DNA of 64,000 nt from the NCBI GenBank assembly GCA_020426325.1, contig JAGQQG010000018.1:1-64000 (forward strand). Direction: 5' to 3'. This document shows, piece by piece, positions 61,016-64,000 of the stretch. The translations under genes were made by a program, and so were the position numbers. The notes below the pieces were generated by a model. The model worked only from the letters and a program-made list of their open reading frames with translations, was not told the origin of the DNA and did not search any database. The stretch is from Planctomycetaceae bacterium (GTDB lineage Bacteria; Planctomycetota; Planctomycetia; Planctomycetales; Planctomycetaceae). How positions within the stretch are numbered: the stretch's first letter is position 1; each line of letters begins with the position of its first letter.

Positions 61016-61053
61016 ACAACCGCGAATACCGCGAATGGTGCGAATGGATTAGG
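61016..61053. repeat. Left inverted repeat flanking GxxExxY gene (three GCGAATNNN units)
   Basis: ACAACC-GCGAATACC-GCGAATGGT-GCGAATGGA-TTAGG; reverse complement of right repeat. Confidence 0.7.
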
Positions 61054-61069
61054 TGGATACGCCACCACT

Positions 61070-61492
61070 TCATTCGCAATTCACGCGCTGTTCACGGTTC
61101 CTCTCTACAGTTCTTGCAATTCGTTCATACTCAAGTTTCGGATGCCCTGAAAAGTTCACGAGCAGGCCGAGTTGGATTCCGGTCGCTTTGAGATAGTTGT
61201 GAAGTTGTGCCCGGTGTCGATCGTGAAACTCGTTGACGGCTTTAATCTCGACGATGATTCTCTCAAAACAGACAAAGTCCGGCTTGTAGGTTTGTTCGAG
61301 TCGATGGCTTTTGTATTCGATGACGAGTTCCTGTTGAGAGACGAATCGGATACCGCGCAATCGAAACTCAATCTCCAAGGCTTCCTGATAGACCGGTTCA
61401 ACAAATCCTGATCCAAGTTGATTATGAACCTCGAAACATGCTCCCATAATTGCATAGCTCTCATCGGGGAATAGAATCTCGGTCATCGTCAC
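61070..61492 (-). CDS. GxxExxY family protein (PD-(D/E)xK nuclease-like fold)
   Basis: 140 aa; motif GSGFVEPVYQEAL (GxxExxY) and overall match to the family pattern (ESYAIMGACFEVHNQLG...IEYKSHRLEQTYKPDFVCFERIIVEIKAV...QLHNYLKATGIQLGLLVNF). Confidence 0.85.
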   Translation of the reverse strand: MTMTEILFPDESYAIMGACFEVHNQLGSGFVEPVYQEALEIEFRLRGIRFVSQQELVIEYKSHRLEQTYKPDFVCFERIIVEIKAVNEFHDRHRAQLHNYLKATGIQLGLLVNFSGHPKLEYERIARTVERNREQRVNCE

Positions 61493-61556
61493 AACTCAGA
61501 TTCTCATGAACCGCGAGTTTCACGAATGAGGCGAATTGAAAGATTTGGCGCCACAA

Positions 61557-61589
61557 CCTATTCGCACCATTCGCACCATTCGCGGTTGT
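61557..61589. repeat. Right inverted repeat flanking GxxExxY gene
   Basis: CCTATTCGC-ACCATTCGC-ACCATTCGC-GGTTGT = reverse complement of ACAACC-GCGAATGGT-GCGAATGGT-GCGAATAGG; pairs with 61016-61053. Confidence 0.7.
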
Positions 61590-61600
61590 CAATCATTTTC

Positions 61601-64000
61601 TCACCGGCTCTCCGCCATTTCTGGTGACTCCTCGCCAGCGGCCTCGGCCATCGCTGCGGCTTTGAGTTCGTCCAGCGACTTCTTGTATTCGCGGGGCATA
61701 ACCTGGACGAACTTGGCCGACTCGACATCCCAGTCTTCGATGATGGATTTGGCAATCGCAGAGCCGGTATAGATGTGATGCTTCTCGACCAGTTCCTTCA
61801 ATTCTGCGACGTAGTCCGGATCATCGACTTTGGCGAGCGGGATGAGGTCAACAAGTTCAAGATTACAGTTCACACGAAGCTGATCGAGACTGTCGGTGTA
61901 GACGTAGGCGACTCCGCCAGACATACCTGCCGCAAAGTTTCGGCCTGTCGGGCCAAGAATCACGACCCGACCACCGGTCATGTACTCGCAGCCGTGATCG
62001 CCGACCCCTTCCACGACTGCCTTGGCACCGCTGTTCCGCACGCAGAACCGCTCTGCGGCCCGACCACGGAAGTATGCTTCCCCGGATGTGGCACCATACA
62101 GGGCCACGTTGCCAATCAGGATGTTCTCACGAGGAACAAACGTGCTTGACTCGTGCGGATGGACGATCAGTTTGCCCCCCGACAGACCTTTCCCCGCGTA
62201 GTCATTGGCGTCGCCGATGACTTCGATCGTTACGCCATTAACTGCCCATGCCGCGACCGACTGTCCGGCGGAACCACGGGTGACGATGCGGATCGTGTCC
62301 TCCGGGAGGCCTTGCGGACCCCACTTCTTGCTGACTTCGTGAGACAGAGTCGTCCCGAAGGCGCGGTCGATGTTCTGGATGTCGATTTCCAGTTTGATTT
62401 TCTCCCCCTTCTCGATCGCCTCACGGGCTTGCGGGATGAGAAATGTCTGATCGAGCGTCTGATCGAGACCATGATTCTGAGCCTGCTGACAGTAAGTGCC
62501 AGCATCGGTGTAACTGCTGATCGCACGCGTCAGGACGAGCGACAGGTCGAGGTGTCGGGCCTTCCAGTGATCGATCGAGGAGTTCCACTCCAGCAGGTCA
62601 GCACGCCCGACCATTTCGTTGATCTTGCGGAAGCCGAGCTGAGCCATGATCGTGCGCAAGTCCTCTGCAACCATGAAGAGGTAGTTGATGACATGCTCCG
62701 GTTGCCCCTTGAACTTCGCGCGAAGTTCGGGATCCTGCGTGGCGACTCCCACAGGGCAGGTGTTGAGATGGCATTTCCGCATCATGATACAACCGAGCGT
62801 GATCAGAGGTGCGGTTGCTAAGCCGAACTCCTCAGCTCCGAGCAGACACGCAATCGCCACGTCACGACCGGTGCGAATCTGACCATCGGTTTCCAGTTTT
62901 ACGCGGCTTCGAAGATCGTTCTTGACGAGCGTCTGATGCGTCTCCGCAATGCCCAGTTCCCACGGGAGGCCGGCATGCTTGATGGACGTCAGCGGGGAAG
63001 CGCCGGTTCCGCCGCCATCACCCGAGATCAGGATCTTGTCTGCGTGTCCTTTGGCAACTCCGGCTGCGATCGTGCCGACTCCGACTTCCGACACAAGCTT
63101 GACGCTGATGCCTGCTGACGGATTGGCATTCTTGAGGTCGAAGATCAGCTGTGCCAGGTCTTCGATGGAGTAGATGTCGTGATGCGGCGGTGGGCTGATG
63201 AGTCCGACGCCGGGAGTCGAGTTGCGAGTCGCGGCGATGATCTTGTCGACCTTGTGACCGGGCAATTCCCCCCCCTCGCCGGGCTTCGCTCCCTGGGCGA
63301 TCTTGATCTGCAACTCATCCGCATTCGTGAGATACCACGAGGAGACGCCGAACCGACCGCTGGCGACCTGCTTGATCGCAGAGCGGCGATTGTCCGCGAA
63401 GCGTTCGTAATTCTCGCCCCCCTCTCCCGTGTTGGACTTGCCGCCGATCTGATTCATCGCGACAGCCAGCGACTCGTGAGCTTCGGCCGAGATGGAGCCG
63501 TAACTCATGGCACCGGTGCAGAACCGCTTGACGATCTTCTCCGCCGTCTCAACTTCATCGAGCGGGACCGGTGTTGTTCCCGTCTTGAACTGCATCAAGC
63601 CGCGGAGCGTACCTTGTCGGTGATCGCTCTCATTCATCAGCTTGGCAAAGCGATCATAGGCAGACTTATCGCCCGCGCGAGCTGCCTGCTGAATCTCGGC
63701 AATCGTGAACGGGTTCCAGCCGTGTTTCTCACCGCCGTGTCGCCAGTGAACAATCCCGTCATTTTGCAGGACGGGCAAACGATGGCTTTCGTGGCGAGCG
63801 GGGAAACCCTGCTCGTGACGACGGAGATGTTCCTCAGCGAGGATCTCGAAATCGATGCCTTTAATTCGACTTGCGGTGCCAGTGAAACACTTGTCGATGA
63901 TGTCACTGGAGAGACCGAGTGCCTCAAAAATCTGCGCGCCCTTATACGAGGCGAGTGTCGAGATCCCCATCTTGCCCATGACCTTGAGCATGCCTTTACG
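61601..64000 (-). CDS. gltB: Glutamate synthase large (alpha) subunit, C-terminal ~800 aa; gene continues past window end
   Basis: FMN-binding/TIM-barrel domain and C-terminal GXGXG beta-helix domain motifs of GltB; open frame runs to the window edge. Confidence 0.92.
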   Translation of the reverse strand, partial: RKGMLKVMGKMGISTLASYKGAQIFEALGLSSDIIDKCFTGTASRIKGIDFEILAEEHLRRHEQGFPARHESHRLPVLQNDGIVHWRHGGEKHGWNPFTIAEIQQAARAGDKSAYDRFAKLMNESDHRQGTLRGLMQFKTGTTPVPLDEVETAEKIVKRFCTGAMSYGSISAEAHESLAVAMNQIGGKSNTGEGGENYERFADNRRSAIKQVASGRFGVSSWYLTNADELQIKIAQGAKPGEGGELPGHKVDKIIAATRNSTPGVGLISPPPHHDIYSIEDLAQLIFDLKNANPSAGISVKLVSEVGVGTIAAGVAKGHADKILISGDGGGTGASPLTSIKHAGLPWELGIAETHQTLVKNDLRSRVKLETDGQIRTGRDVAIACLLGAEEFGLATAPLITLGCIMMRKCHLNTCPVGVATQDPELRAKFKGQPEHVINYLFMVAEDLRTIMAQLGFRKINEMVGRADLLEWNSSIDHWKARHLDLSLVLTRAISSYTDAGTYCQQAQNHGLDQTLDQTFLIPQAREAIEKGEKIKLEIDIQNIDRAFGTTLSHEVSKKWGPQGLPEDTIRIVTRGSAGQSVAAWAVNGVTIEVIGDANDYAGKGLSGGKLIVHPHESSTFVPRENILIGNVALYGATSGEAYFRGRAAERFCVRNSGAKAVVEGVGDHGCEYMTGGRVVILGPTGRNFAAGMSGGVAYVYTDSLDQLRVNCNLELVDLIPLAKVDDPDYVAELKELVEKHHIYTGSAIAKSIIEDWDVESAKFVQVMPREYKKSLDELKAAAMAEAAGEESPEMAESR

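Noticed and set aside
63262-63276. C8 homopolymer inside gltB coding sequence
   Set aside because: Lies within a conserved essential enzyme gene; a phase-variation role is implausible.

Overview
High-GC (~57-58%) chromosomal window, probably from a Planctomycetota-type genome: PPi-PFK signature, DUF1501 protein with a Tat signal, many BNR/Asp-box beta-propeller proteins, N-terminal double-TM VWA protein. No rRNA, tRNA or CRISPR array was found. The six-frame ORF track accepts GTG/TTG as starts, so several real starts had to be moved. Housekeeping genes (ligA, trxB, folE, cls, pfk, accB/accC, pepP, gltD/gltB, phosphohexomutase, NUDIX) are interspersed with accessory blocks. (1) A 4-gene minus-strand operon: NfeD/YqiJ-like protein, flotillin, a small membrane protein and a giant 1881-aa AAA+ (AAA_5/MoxR-like) coiled-coil protein. 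That giant ORF carries two in-frame copies of a ~105-115 bp element bounded by terminal inverted repeats, reminiscent of Rickettsia RPE-type elements. (2) The gltB-gltD pair is split by a ~1.4 kb low-GC insertion. It carries a hypothetical membrane protein, a diverged duplicate fragment of the gltD 5' end, and a GxxExxY (PD-(D/E)xK-like) gene flanked by 33-bp inverted repeats built from GCGAATGGT units. (3) A trio of a giant TM coiled-coil protein, a BatA-like double-TM VWA protein and a secreted putative clan-CD-like peptidase. (4) A cluster of DapA/NanA-like lyase, three BNR sialidase-like proteins, a secreted FAH-family hydrolase with a Thr-rich insertion, and a divergent FAD oxidoreductase, which suggests keto-deoxy/nonulosonic sugar acid catabolism. 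(5) Several secreted beta-propeller proteins, including a LamG domain split by a propeller. Functional calls rest on motifs read directly from the translations; no database search was possible.
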